Positions 8,587 through 18,038 of a stretch of 64,000 nt of DNA are shown in pieces. Position 1 is the first letter of the stretch; the number at the start of each line of letters is the position of its first letter. The translations under genes and the position numbers were made by a program. The notes below the pieces were generated by a model. That model was not told where the DNA came from and searched no databases. It worked only from the letters and a program-made list of their open reading frames with translations. Location of the stretch: contig OZ244744.1 in assembly GCA_965219455.1 (NCBI GenBank), positions 4,256,001 through 4,320,000 on the forward strand, in the 5' to 3' direction. This stretch comes from Candidatus Latescibacterota bacterium (GTDB lineage: Bacteria > Latescibacterota > UBA2968 > GCA-2709665).

Positions 8587-10218
8587 TTGAAACGGACGAT
8601 TATCGTTATTTGTTGCCTGGTATTGTGGAATGAAGGCGCGGCTGCCAGGGATTTCCTGGCGGAGATCGGCGCTCATGGCGCTCGGGGCCGAGCCGATTCT
8701 GCACTGGTCACGGCGCGGTTGTTCACAAAGACGTTTCCGGATAGCGCCAATGCTCATGGCGTCCTCGGCATGGTATTCGCGCAGATGGGACAGGCCCGGG
8801 GCGCTATCGGGGCCTTTGAGAAGGCGATTGAGTTAGGGCCGAATCTTGAAGCGCCGTACGACGCGCTCTTCAGGATTCACGCACAACTCAGCAGGGGTCG
8901 GGAGGCGCTGGAGGTGTTGAATAAGGGGTTGCGGCAGATTCCGAATTCCGTCCTTTTGCTGATGGACAGGGCAATGCTGTATCAGGAGGTCGGTAATCCG
9001 GGGCTTGCGGTGCAGGACCTCAGGGCTGCGATTTCGTTGGATCCTCAAAATATCGAAGCATACCAGTCTCTGGCGGGGTTGCATGTCGCGCTCAAGGACC
9101 CCGATAAAGCGCTTTCGGTTTTCGACCAGGGATTGAAGAACAACCCTGAGAGTGTTGTATTGATGATCAATCAGGGGCAGATCTACGGAGCAATGGGTAG
9201 ACCTCAGGGTGCGATTCGGCTGTACGAGCGTGCAATAATGGTGCTCGAAAAGGCATTGGAGAAGACGCCGAACGACGTTTCCCTGCTGGTAAACAAGGGG
9301 GCTATCTTCCATTCGATGCGGCGGACTGTGGAAGCCTTCACCGCCTACCGGCAGGCGGCTACCGTGGCGCCGGACGATCCTGAAGTACACAGGTCCATGG
9401 GTCAGATGGCGGCCGAGGTAGACTCGCTGGACGTTGCCCGGGAGGCGTGGGAGAAAGTGGCGCAGTTGGTGCCGGGCGATCTGGATACACGCTCCGCGCT
9501 CGCCAGGCTGTATACCGTTCAGCAGAATTGGGACCGGGCCCTGAACGAGTATCGGTTGATTATGGAAATAGCGCCCGAGGCGGAACGGGCGCGCCTTCAG
9601 TACGGCATCGCGCAGGTCTATCTGCAGAAGGGAGACATCGAACAGGCAAAGAAGGCGCTGGAAGCGACAATTCAGTTGAATCCGGACATTCTGGAGCCCT
9701 ATGGAGATCTTGCCTTGATTTATGCGGGACAGCAGGACCTCGACTCTGCTCTTGAGGTGTACAATAGGGCATTGGCGGTGGATTCCACCAATGCGGGTGT
9801 GCATTACAATATGGGCCTTGCCCTCACGTCAAGGCAGGAGTTTGATCGGGCGACGCGTGCGTTTGCCAAGGCCATAGCCTTCAGTCCGAACGAAGAAATC
9901 GGACGGGCGGCCCAGATGAAGATTGACGAGATCGAGGGGATTCAGTCAGGGAAGCTATGGGTGTACCATATCCTGGTGGAAACTGAAGCGGAGGCCCAGG
10001 AAGTTCTCGAAAAGCTGAGGGCGGGTGAAGATTTCAGAGTACTGGCCCGTGAACATTCCAATGATTCTTCAGCGGAGATTGGGGGCGATCTGGGTTTTTT
10101 TTCACCAGGCGATTTGAATCCGGCGTTTGAGGAAGCGGTGCTGAAATTGCGGGTGGGTGAGACCAGCGGGGTCGTTCAGACACCCGTGGGATATCACATT
10201 ATCAGGCGGCTGAACTGA
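8587..10218 (+). CDS. Secreted TPR-repeat protein with C-terminal parvulin-type PPIase domain
   Basis: TTG start after GGAGG, signal-peptide-like N-terminus, many TPRs; HILV...LAREHS...GGDLGFF...GYHII rotamase motifs. Confidence 0.88.
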   Translation: MKRTIIVICCLVLWNEGAAARDFLAEIGAHGARGRADSALVTARLFTKTFPDSANAHGVLGMVFAQMGQARGAIGAFEKAIELGPNLEAPYDALFRIHAQLSRGREALEVLNKGLRQIPNSVLLLMDRAMLYQEVGNPGLAVQDLRAAISLDPQNIEAYQSLAGLHVALKDPDKALSVFDQGLKNNPESVVLMINQGQIYGAMGRPQGAIRLYERAIMVLEKALEKTPNDVSLLVNKGAIFHSMRRTVEAFTAYRQAATVAPDDPEVHRSMGQMAAEVDSLDVAREAWEKVAQLVPGDLDTRSALARLYTVQQNWDRALNEYRLIMEIAPEAERARLQYGIAQVYLQKGDIEQAKKALEATIQLNPDILEPYGDLALIYAGQQDLDSALEVYNRALAVDSTNAGVHYNMGLALTSRQEFDRATRAFAKAIAFSPNEEIGRAAQMKIDEIEGIQSGKLWVYHILVETEAEAQEVLEKLRAGEDFRVLAREHSNDSSAEIGGDLGFFSPGDLNPAFEEAVLKLRVGETSGVVQTPVGYHIIRRLN

Positions 10219-11474
10219 TGGCTGAGCGTTTCGCAAAAACGGGCGACGAGGCCGGTGTATCGTCGCCCGTTTTGTGCGCCGGAAAGGGCGGAAAGCGAGT
10301 AAGGGTGCTTTTCCTGACGGGATGTACGGGGCGGGGAGGAGCCGGGAATAGTCTCTTTTATCTATTAAAACATCTCGATCCTTCGGTGTTTGAGCCCGTG
10401 GTCGTGATGCCCAACGAAGGCGTGTTGAAGAGGCGGCTCGTGGAGAACCGGATCCGATACCGTATTGAGCCCCGGCTGAAGGAACGTCTTGCGGAGATGC
10501 GATTCCAGAGTCAGAGCCGCTTCTGCAGAATGGCGTCCGTGGTTCTGAACGCGATCGACAGCGTGCGGTTTACGTTGGATCTGATTCGCATGGTCTCCCG
10601 AGAGCGTGTTGCGTTGATTTATTGCAACCAGATGATGGTGAAACTGATGGGCACCGTGGCCGGTATGGCGTGCGGAACTCCGGTCGTCTGGCACTGCCGT
10701 ACGCTTTACGGTAAGGCCTTCAGAGGCTGGTTTTTCGACTGGCTCGCGCGGTCTGAGAGCGTGACGAGAATTATCGCCGTATCCGAGGCGTGCGCGGGAA
10801 ATTTCCCGTCGGCTAAAGCGAAGGTACGTGTTGTGTACAATGGCGCGGACCTGGTCAGTTTCGACCCGGAGAGAGTTCGGGGGTGTGTGCGCCGGATGTA
10901 CCGAATTGGACCGGACGAAGTGGTGTTGGGCTTCGTCGGTCGTATCGTAAAATGGAAGGGTATCGATACGCTGCTTTCGGCGATGGAGCATGTACTGGCC
11001 CGGCGTAAGGACGTGGTTCTGGTGGTTGTTGGCGGGAGCCCGCAGCGGTCGTTGAACTTGCTGGATCGTTATCGTCACAAGGTGGCGAACGGGCGATATG
11101 CGGGCCGGGTTCTCTTTACGGGATTTCGTACCGACGTCAGACCGTATTTGAAGGATATGGATGTCACACTTGTGCCGTCCGTGGCGCCCGATCCCTGTCC
11201 GCGAAGCGTTATCGAATCTCTGGCGCTGGGCACACCGGTGGTTGGATCTGCAATCGGCGGTGTTCCGGAGTTGATCCGGGATGGTTACAACGGATTTCTG
11301 GTGAAGCCAAACGACGTCACCGGGCTGGCGGAGACCATCCTCAGGGTGATTGAGAATAGGGAATTGCGTCAACGAATGGGTTCGGCCGCCCGCGATTCCG
11401 CGGTTCAACGGCACGATGCAGTCGAAGTAGCCCGACGTGTGCAGGCCGTGATGTTTGAAGCGCTGGGGGTCTAG
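10218..11474 (+). CDS. Glycosyltransferase family 4
   Basis: GGAG N-terminal motif, VVYNG, VGRIVKWKG, DPCPRSVIESLALGTPVV, GGVPELI. Confidence 0.92.
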   Translation: MAERFAKTGDEAGVSSPVLCAGKGGKRVRVLFLTGCTGRGGAGNSLFYLLKHLDPSVFEPVVVMPNEGVLKRRLVENRIRYRIEPRLKERLAEMRFQSQSRFCRMASVVLNAIDSVRFTLDLIRMVSRERVALIYCNQMMVKLMGTVAGMACGTPVVWHCRTLYGKAFRGWFFDWLARSESVTRIIAVSEACAGNFPSAKAKVRVVYNGADLVSFDPERVRGCVRRMYRIGPDEVVLGFVGRIVKWKGIDTLLSAMEHVLARRKDVVLVVVGGSPQRSLNLLDRYRHKVANGRYAGRVLFTGFRTDVRPYLKDMDVTLVPSVAPDPCPRSVIESLALGTPVVGSAIGGVPELIRDGYNGFLVKPNDVTGLAETILRVIENRELRQRMGSAARDSAVQRHDAVEVARRVQAVMFEALGV

Positions 11475-11638
11475 TGTCCCGTCCCAGAAATATGTCACCA
11501 TTCTTCCGCCGATTCATCACGTCTCGCTGCGTTCCCGTTGCTCGCCGACCTTGCCCAGGTCGCCTCGCTCAGGCGCCTTGCGAGCCGGGCGACTCGACGG
11601 CCGAATTTACGCAATCTATTTCCGGGACAGAACACTAG
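11471..11638 (+). mobile_element. MITE-like element, copy 2 (168 bp)
   Basis: CTAG-TGTCCCGTCCCAGAAATA ... TATTTCCGGGACAGAACA-CTAG; the left CTAG contains the GT4 stop codon. Confidence 0.88.
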
Positions 11639-11758
11639 AGATGTGTCGCAGGTTCACTTTTTCATGGCACGGCTTTCGCTGTTAATGTACAGATTCTGCA
11701 ATCGAAAAAGCCCAGGTCGAATGAAGCTATCTTTAATATATACAACTATTTTTCTGCT

Positions 11759-11772
11759 TTTTGTGCACAAAA
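11759..11772. promoter_or_regulatory. Palindromic putative operator upstream of the tolC-like gene
   Basis: Perfect 14-bp palindrome TTTTGTGCACAAAA in an AT-rich upstream region. Confidence 0.4.
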
Positions 11773-11810
11773 TGACACGTCGTTTATCCGGGAGGGTGAC
11801 GGGAGAGGCG

Positions 11811-13190
11811 TTGCAATTTCTCCACACATGTAGTAAAAGTTCACACCGGGTAAGGCTTTCCGCTTCAATTGTCCTGATCTGCGTGACGGGGATCGGTATC
11901 CGTCCGTGTTATTCCGATTCCGGACCGGGTCGATACGATCTCGTCGTGTGCGTTCGGTTGGCGGTCGCGTCGAGTCCCTCCATTCATGCCGCCGAGGCGG
12001 ATCTGGAGATCGCTGAGAATCGGCTTAGACAGGTACATGCCGCGCGATTTCTTCCCCGTTTGGATCTGACCTGGATATTTGGACCGTCGCCGGAGGCTCG
12101 GGGCGACGCCATTACCGGGGTCAGCAATTGGCGGCGGATGAGTGTGTTTTCGAGAACCGAACTGTCGTTGGTTCAGCCACTTTTCACCTTTGGCAAACTC
12201 GAGGCGGCCGTAGAAGCCGCATCCGGCGGCATCGGTGCGCGCCGCGCCGGACTGACCAGATCCCGATTCGACCTGGAGCGGCAGGTAGCCAGGGCCTACT
12301 ATCTGCTGTTATTGGCAAATCAGCTCCGGGCCCTGGCGAGTGAGTCGCGGATGGAAATTGACAGGGCGCGGCGAACGATCGCCGAAAAGCTGGAAGCGGA
12401 TACAGGGGATTTTACGTATACCGATCTGTACCGGATTGACAGGTTTGTATACGACGTGGAGGAAAATGCAAATAAGGTCGTCAAGAGCCAGGCGCTCGCA
12501 CGGTCCGCGTTGCGTGTCCTCGTGGGGCTTTCTCAGTCAGACTCCCTTGTTCTCGCCGACGGGAGTCTGAAACCGCTTGACGTCCAGATCCGTCCACTCG
12601 AACACTATCTGTCGCTGGTCGAGGCTCGACCGGATCTGGGGCAACTTCGGGAGGGGTTACGGGTGCGGTCGGCACAGGTGCGCGCCATCCGAACCGATTT
12701 GTTTCCACAGGTCTTTCTCGCCGGCCAGTTTAAATACGGTTATGCGCCGAACAGGGACCGGCAGCGGAATCCCTTCCTGAAAGACGAGTTTAATGTTACA
12801 GAGTTGGGCGCCGTCCTTGGCTTTCGGCAGTCACTGTCTTTCGCGAGCACGACAGCAAGGGTGAAAGAAGCCCGTCTGGCCTATGAAAAACTCAGCTATC
12901 AGGCGCAACTGGCAGTGCGTGGCGCCCGGCTGGAGATCGAACGCGCCTATCGGTCGCTCATTGAGGCGGAAGCCAATATCAGGGCGGCACGAGTAGCCCG
13001 ACGGGCAACAAGGCTGTGGTTTATTTCGGCGAGAGATGGATTCAACGCCGGGCTGGAGGAGGCGGGGGAGATGGTCGATGCGGTCAAGGAATATGGCATT
13101 ATCCGCGCCAGGTATTATCAGGCTGTGTTGGAGTTCAATCTGGCCTGGGCGGCATTGAGGCGTGCTACGGGAACCTCGATTCTGGAGTAA
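11811..13190 (+). CDS. TolC family outer membrane protein
   Basis: Two OEP repeats (LPRLDL...LVQPLFTFGK; LFPQVFLAG...VARAYY/IERAY). Start uncertain; TTG at 11811 after GGGAGAGG chosen, since the ORF-track start lies inside the MITE. Confidence 0.85.
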   Translation: MQFLHTCSKSSHRVRLSASIVLICVTGIGIRPCYSDSGPGRYDLVVCVRLAVASSPSIHAAEADLEIAENRLRQVHAARFLPRLDLTWIFGPSPEARGDAITGVSNWRRMSVFSRTELSLVQPLFTFGKLEAAVEAASGGIGARRAGLTRSRFDLERQVARAYYLLLLANQLRALASESRMEIDRARRTIAEKLEADTGDFTYTDLYRIDRFVYDVEENANKVVKSQALARSALRVLVGLSQSDSLVLADGSLKPLDVQIRPLEHYLSLVEARPDLGQLREGLRVRSAQVRAIRTDLFPQVFLAGQFKYGYAPNRDRQRNPFLKDEFNVTELGAVLGFRQSLSFASTTARVKEARLAYEKLSYQAQLAVRGARLEIERAYRSLIEAEANIRAARVARRATRLWFISARDGFNAGLEEAGEMVDAVKEYGIIRARYYQAVLEFNLAWAALRRATGTSILE

Positions 13191-13204
13191 AAGGGGAGAG
13201 CGAC

Positions 13205-14644
13205 ATGGTAAATAAGGCAGTGATTATTGCTGCCGGTATGGGCAGCCGCTTAAACGGGCACGGATGCGGCCGGCCAAAACCGCTGGTGAAAGTGGCCGGC
13301 GTCGGGCTGCTGAAGCGGGCTATATTGACCGCGAAACGGGCAGGGATCATCGAGTTTGCCATTGTTATCGGTTTTCGAGGCAATGAAATACGCGAGGCCA
13401 TTGCAAACGATCCGCAGATCGACGTACACATAGATTGGGTTGAAAACCCGGAATGGACGCGTGGCAACGGCGTTTCCGTTCTGAAAGCCCGGGATTTTGT
13501 GGAGGGCCCATTTCTTCTGTTGATGGCAGACCACTTGTTCGAATCGCAAGTAATCACCCGTATGCGGCGCATGTTGCTGAGCACCGGCGAATCGGCGTTG
13601 TGCGTTGATACCAGGCTGCACCGGATTCAGGATCTGGACGATGCCACCAAAGTCGTCCTGGAAGGCGACCGGATTCTGGAGATCGGAAAAGCGCTGGGCC
13701 ATTACGACGCGGTGGATACCGGTATTTTTCTCTGCAGTCACGCGCTATTTGACGGACTTGAGCATTCTGTTGCACAGGGTGACGAAACACTCTCTGGAGG
13801 TGTCCGCGTCCTGGCTTCTTGCGGAAACATGCGTGCGGTGGAAATCGATGGACTGTTCTGGCAGGATGTGGATACACCGGAAGCATTGCACCAGGGAGAA
13901 AAGGCGTTGTTCGGCCAGTTGGGCAAACCGACCGATGGGATTGTATCGCGCCATTTCAACCGCAAAATCTCCTCCTGGATCTCCAGATTATTGGTAAGAA
14001 CGCCGGTGACGCCCAATCAGATTTCGATTGCCGCAATGATGGTGACCTTTCTTGCGGGCTGGGCGATGGCGGAAGGAGGCTATTTTTACGTGGCGCTGGG
14101 CGGGCTGCTGTTCCAGTTTGCGTCCATTGCGGACGGCTGCGACGGGGAGATCGCCAAGCTCAAGTTTGCGGGATCCCGCATGGGGGAATGGCTGGATACG
14201 GTGGCCGATAACGTCTCGTATCTGGCATTTTTCTCGGGTGTCATATACGGCACGTACAAATTGACCGGAGAACCGGTTCTGATCGCCCTGGGATGCGTTG
14301 CCCTTGCACTGGACGTATTGGCAGTCTTGTTCATCTGCGTTTACCTGAAGCAGAGCGGGTCGGGCAGTATCGTCAGCTTCAATATGGGGTTTTCAAGCGA
14401 GGTTCCGGAAGAGCGTCGCGGACATTTGCACCGGATATATTGTGGACTGAAGTTCGCGTGTCGTCGAGACTTCTTCGCGGCTTTGTTCTGTGTCCTGGCG
14501 GGTTTGAATTGCCTCGAGGCGATCTTCTGGATCTTTGTGCTCGGTTCCGGCCTGGTTGTGAGCGCCGTTTTCGGATTTATTGGACATATTATGCGAACCC
14601 GCACGACGGAAGCGGATAAGCTGGTTTCAGGAAAGGCGGATTGA
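13205..14644 (+). CDS. Bifunctional NTP-transferase (IPCT-like) / CDP-alcohol phosphotransferase (DIPPS-like)
   Basis: IIAAGMGSRL...PKPL, GNGVS, LMADH, DTGIF, WQDVDTPE; then DGIVSRHFNRKIS, TPNQIS, DGCDGEIAK...GEWLDTVAD plus TM helices; same architecture as IPCT/DIPPS. Confidence 0.88.
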   Translation: MVNKAVIIAAGMGSRLNGHGCGRPKPLVKVAGVGLLKRAILTAKRAGIIEFAIVIGFRGNEIREAIANDPQIDVHIDWVENPEWTRGNGVSVLKARDFVEGPFLLLMADHLFESQVITRMRRMLLSTGESALCVDTRLHRIQDLDDATKVVLEGDRILEIGKALGHYDAVDTGIFLCSHALFDGLEHSVAQGDETLSGGVRVLASCGNMRAVEIDGLFWQDVDTPEALHQGEKALFGQLGKPTDGIVSRHFNRKISSWISRLLVRTPVTPNQISIAAMMVTFLAGWAMAEGGYFYVALGGLLFQFASIADGCDGEIAKLKFAGSRMGEWLDTVADNVSYLAFFSGVIYGTYKLTGEPVLIALGCVALALDVLAVLFICVYLKQSGSGSIVSFNMGFSSEVPEERRGHLHRIYCGLKFACRRDFFAALFCVLAGLNCLEAIFWIFVLGSGLVVSAVFGFIGHIMRTRTTEADKLVSGKAD

Positions 14645-14656
14645 CGGAGGAGATGT

Positions 14657-14758
14657 ATGTACGCAAATCATGGGAAGAATAGAACGGGTATCGAGCCGGC
14701 AGGGGAGGTGTCCTTCTGCCGGATCGTTTTATTTCTGGCCTCAAAAGGAACTGGCTAA
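14657..14758 (+). CDS. Candidate small ORF (33 aa)
   Basis: GGAGG 6 nt upstream of ATG 14657; MYANHGKNRTGIEPAGEVSFCRIVLFLASKGTG; stop ends 1 nt before the mlaC-like ATG. Confidence 0.3.
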   Translation: MYANHGKNRTGIEPAGEVSFCRIVLFLASKGTG

Positions 14759-14759
14759 A

Positions 14760-15383
14760 ATGAGAATATTGTTATATATTTTTGTGTTTTATGCTTTTGT
14801 TGGGTTTAGAGGGGACGGCTCCGCCTGGGGTGCGGACCAGGCGGGAATGCTCCTTGAGATGATGAAGACACGGGACAAGTCAATAAAGGCAATTGTGAAT
14901 TCGGAATCAGAGGGAGAGACCGCTGAGGAACGCGAGAAGCTGAAGACGATTGTCGAAGAAATGTTCGATTTTCACCGCTTCAGCAGGGTTGCGCTGGGTC
15001 GTCATTGGCAACGGCGCACCGAGGCCGAGCAGTCTGAATTTGCGGACCTCTGCCGTCGCCTGATCGTCAAAAACTACGCTGATCCGAAACTCTATACGAA
15101 ATCCGAGAAAATTGAATATGCGGGTTCGAACGTCGACAGTACGGAAGGTCTCGTGAGGACCGTCGTGCACTACAAGGATGAGCAGAGCAACATTAACTAT
15201 AAACTCCATCCGGTTGACGAAAAATGGCTGGTTTACGATATGGTAATTGACGATTTGAGTGTTGCCAGAAACAATCGATCGCAATTTTACAAGGAAATTC
15301 GCAAGTCGTCGTACGAGGGTCTTGTAAAGAAACTGAGGGATAAGCTCAACGAGGACGATGCCAACGGGAAAGGGAAGGACTGA
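14760..15383 (+). CDS. MlaC/Ttg2D/HpnM-like periplasmic lipid-binding protein
   Basis: Signal peptide; FDFHRFSRVALGRHW, INYKL...WLVYDMVIDDLSV...RSQF motifs. Confidence 0.88.
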   Translation: MRILLYIFVFYAFVGFRGDGSAWGADQAGMLLEMMKTRDKSIKAIVNSESEGETAEEREKLKTIVEEMFDFHRFSRVALGRHWQRRTEAEQSEFADLCRRLIVKNYADPKLYTKSEKIEYAGSNVDSTEGLVRTVVHYKDEQSNINYKLHPVDEKWLVYDMVIDDLSVARNNRSQFYKEIRKSSYEGLVKKLRDKLNEDDANGKGKD

Positions 15384-15387
15384 TTTC

Positions 15388-17850
15388 ATGCAGGAATGGT
15401 TGCGGTTTCTGGCGGACTTTGTCTATCGACGGTACGCCAGTATAATTGTCGTTGCGGCTCTCCTTTCCATTTTTTGCAGTTTTTTTGTCTTTCGTCTGAT
15501 CCAGCGTCTTGAGACGGATATCGCTTCCCTGATTCCGGAACATTACCCCAGCGTGCAGACGCTGGAAGATATAAAAGCCCGGCTTGGCGGCGTGGGAAGT
15601 ATGGTGGTTCTGGTGGAGTGCGATGATTTTTCGCTCTCCAGGCGATTTGTGGATGATCTGGTTGTTGAACTGAAGGCGGAAAAATATTGGAAATACGTAA
15701 ATTACGTCGATTACAAGCGGGATGTCGATTTTTTCAAAGATAACGCGCTGCTGTATATGGATCTGGAGGATCTGGAGGAAATCCAGGTTCGCATCGATGA
15801 TCGCATCCGCCAGGAGAAACTGAAGTTATCACCTTTGTTTTTCAGGCTGGACGACGTCGAAGACGAAGAGGCGCTGGACTTCTCGGATATTGAAGCGAAG
15901 TACGAAGAAGACGGTGGCCGTGGCCACGAAGTCTATTATACCAATCCGGACAGCACCATCGTTGCAGTGGAGGTTATGGCATCAGGAACGGTGAGTAATA
16001 TTGGTTTCAGCAAAGAGATGTACGGAATGCTTCAGAACGCCGTGCAAGAGCTGAACCCAGGGTCCTATCATCCCGAAATGCTGATCTCGATCGGAGGATC
16101 GTACAAGAACAAAATCGACGAATATAACGTCATCCTCGACGACATCAAGTCGACGTTGATATTTGGTGTCGTTGGTGTTGTCTTGCTCCTCACTTTCTAT
16201 TTTCGGCAGCCGCTGGCTGTCTTTTTTGTTGCCATCCCGCTCATTATGGGGTTGACGTGGGCTTTCGCCATCACCTATTGGACCATTGGCAACTTGAATA
16301 CGATGACCGGATTCCTGTTTGTGATTCTGTTCGGTCTGGGCATCGATTTCGGTATTCACATGTTTGGACGGTACCTGGAAGATCGCATGGCGAACATGGA
16401 CGTGAGGCGGTCCGTGGAGACAATGTTGATCCAGACGGGGCAGGCCATCCTGACGGCCGCATTGACCACGTCGATGGCGTTCTATTCACTGACGATCACG
16501 GATTTCAAGGGATTCTCCGAATTCGGTTTCATTGTGGGTACGGGGATCGTTATGTCGCTCGTGTCGATGACGATAGTTCTGCCGGCCTTTCTGGTTCTGG
16601 CTGACGAGCGCCTGAAGCTGGTTCGAATGCGGCAGGTACTGGGGCACGACCGGGGCGGTGGGAAGGGCAGGTTTCCGATGGCGCGGTTGGTGTTCGCGGT
16701 TGCTATCGCGGTCACGGTCTACCTGGGTTATAATCTCGACCGAATACAATTCGAATACGATTTTACCAATTTGCGGTCCAATCTTGCCACATCCAAGAAA
16801 GTGAAAGACAAGATCAATACGCTTTCGAAATTCAGGGGCGAGTCCCATTCTCCGAGCGTGGTTCTGGCCGACAGCAAAGAAGAACTGGACGAAATTGTCG
16901 CGGCCTTAAACGCCAGGATTGCAGCGGATGACCCAACGCCAACGATCGACAAGATCAGGACGCTCTGGTCCTTCCTTCCCGAACAACAGGAGGAAAAGCT
17001 GGAGGTCGTCGCTGAACTGCGTGAGCTTGTGGACGGCGAAGGTGCGAAACTGCTGAAGGGCGGGCAGAAGGAGCGGGTGGACGATTTGCGTAGGCTGATG
17101 GATGTGAAGAGGCTGGACGTGGATGACCTGCCGAGGATCATACTGCGCAAATTCTCCACCGTCGACGGAAGCCGGGCGTACTTTGCGTTCATCTACCCCA
17201 GCGTGCCACTTCGGGACGGTCGAAAGGCCATCGAGTTTGCGGACGACACCCATTTGATAACGACCGACTCCGGCAAGACGATTTATTCCTCCAGTTCCAG
17301 CATTATTTTCGCCGATATGCTGAAATTGATGATCCGGGACAGCAAGTGGGCGATAAGCATCACGCTTCTCGTCGTGTTTCTTATTGTTATTATTAATTTT
17401 CGAAGTATCCGAAACGGATTGTTGGTTATGTTGCCTCTAACGTGTGGTGCAGTCTGGATGTGTGGGAGTATGTTCTTGTCCGGAATGAAATTGAACTTTT
17501 ATAACATGGTTGCCCTGCCGACCATTATCGGAATGGGGATCGATAACGGCGTTCATCTGTTCCACCGATATCAGGAGGAAGGCGCGAATTCGATACCTGT
17601 GATCCTCAGGAATACCGGCGGCGCGATGCTCGTATCGATGCTGACCACGATGGTCGGCTTTTTCGGTTTGATTACCGCCAGACATCCCGGATTGAACTCC
17701 ATCGGAAAGCTGGCCGTGATCGGCCTTCTGACCTGTTTTGTCGCGGCCATTGTGGTATTGCCCGCGGTGCTTGAGATCCTCGATCGATGGAAACGGAACC
17801 GGGGCGCGGCGAGAGTAAGGAGCGCGCGGCCGTCCGACAAGGTCAGGTAG
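15388..17850 (+). CDS. MMPL/RND family lipid transporter (HpnN-like)
   Basis: Two halves, each 1+5 TM, with GLGIDFGIH and GMGIDNGVH motifs; about 820 aa. Confidence 0.92.
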   Translation: MQEWLRFLADFVYRRYASIIVVAALLSIFCSFFVFRLIQRLETDIASLIPEHYPSVQTLEDIKARLGGVGSMVVLVECDDFSLSRRFVDDLVVELKAEKYWKYVNYVDYKRDVDFFKDNALLYMDLEDLEEIQVRIDDRIRQEKLKLSPLFFRLDDVEDEEALDFSDIEAKYEEDGGRGHEVYYTNPDSTIVAVEVMASGTVSNIGFSKEMYGMLQNAVQELNPGSYHPEMLISIGGSYKNKIDEYNVILDDIKSTLIFGVVGVVLLLTFYFRQPLAVFFVAIPLIMGLTWAFAITYWTIGNLNTMTGFLFVILFGLGIDFGIHMFGRYLEDRMANMDVRRSVETMLIQTGQAILTAALTTSMAFYSLTITDFKGFSEFGFIVGTGIVMSLVSMTIVLPAFLVLADERLKLVRMRQVLGHDRGGGKGRFPMARLVFAVAIAVTVYLGYNLDRIQFEYDFTNLRSNLATSKKVKDKINTLSKFRGESHSPSVVLADSKEELDEIVAALNARIAADDPTPTIDKIRTLWSFLPEQQEEKLEVVAELRELVDGEGAKLLKGGQKERVDDLRRLMDVKRLDVDDLPRIILRKFSTVDGSRAYFAFIYPSVPLRDGRKAIEFADDTHLITTDSGKTIYSSSSSIIFADMLKLMIRDSKWAISITLLVVFLIVIINFRSIRNGLLVMLPLTCGAVWMCGSMFLSGMKLNFYNMVALPTIIGMGIDNGVHLFHRYQEEGANSIPVILRNTGGAMLVSMLTTMVGFFGLITARHPGLNSIGKLAVIGLLTCFVAAIVVLPAVLEILDRWKRNRGAARVRSARPSDKVR

Positions 17851-17904
17851 GTTGACGCCCGGTTGTCAGACGCCCGCCGGGCTGATCGAAGACTCAATTT
17901 TTCG

Positions 17905-17944
17905 AAGACAGAAGATGCGCTCCGCCGCGTGTTCTGTCTTTTTT
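17905..17944 (+). terminator. Rho-independent terminator after MMPL gene
   Basis: AAGACAGAA...TTCTGTCTT stem followed by a T run. Confidence 0.65.
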
Positions 17945-17947
17945 GTC

Positions 17948-17991
17948 CTAACGGGCTGAATCTTGACCCGTTAGACAGGCGGATGTATCAT
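17948..17991 (+). promoter_or_regulatory. sigma70 promoter with inverted-repeat operator around the -35
   Basis: TTGACC (17963-17968)-17 nt-TATCAT (17986-17991); CTAACGGG-N11-CCCGTTAG straddles the -35. Confidence 0.6.
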
Positions 17992-18038
17992 TTTCGTCTG
18001 TTTCCAATTCAGGCAGGAGCCGACCAGGGCGGCCACCC

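Noticed and set aside
13205-14644. Evidence of a thermophile making di-myo-inositol phosphate
   Set aside because: Not excluded, but the lipid-transport context and absence of an adjacent inositol-phosphate synthase or DIPP phosphatase make it unsupported from this window.
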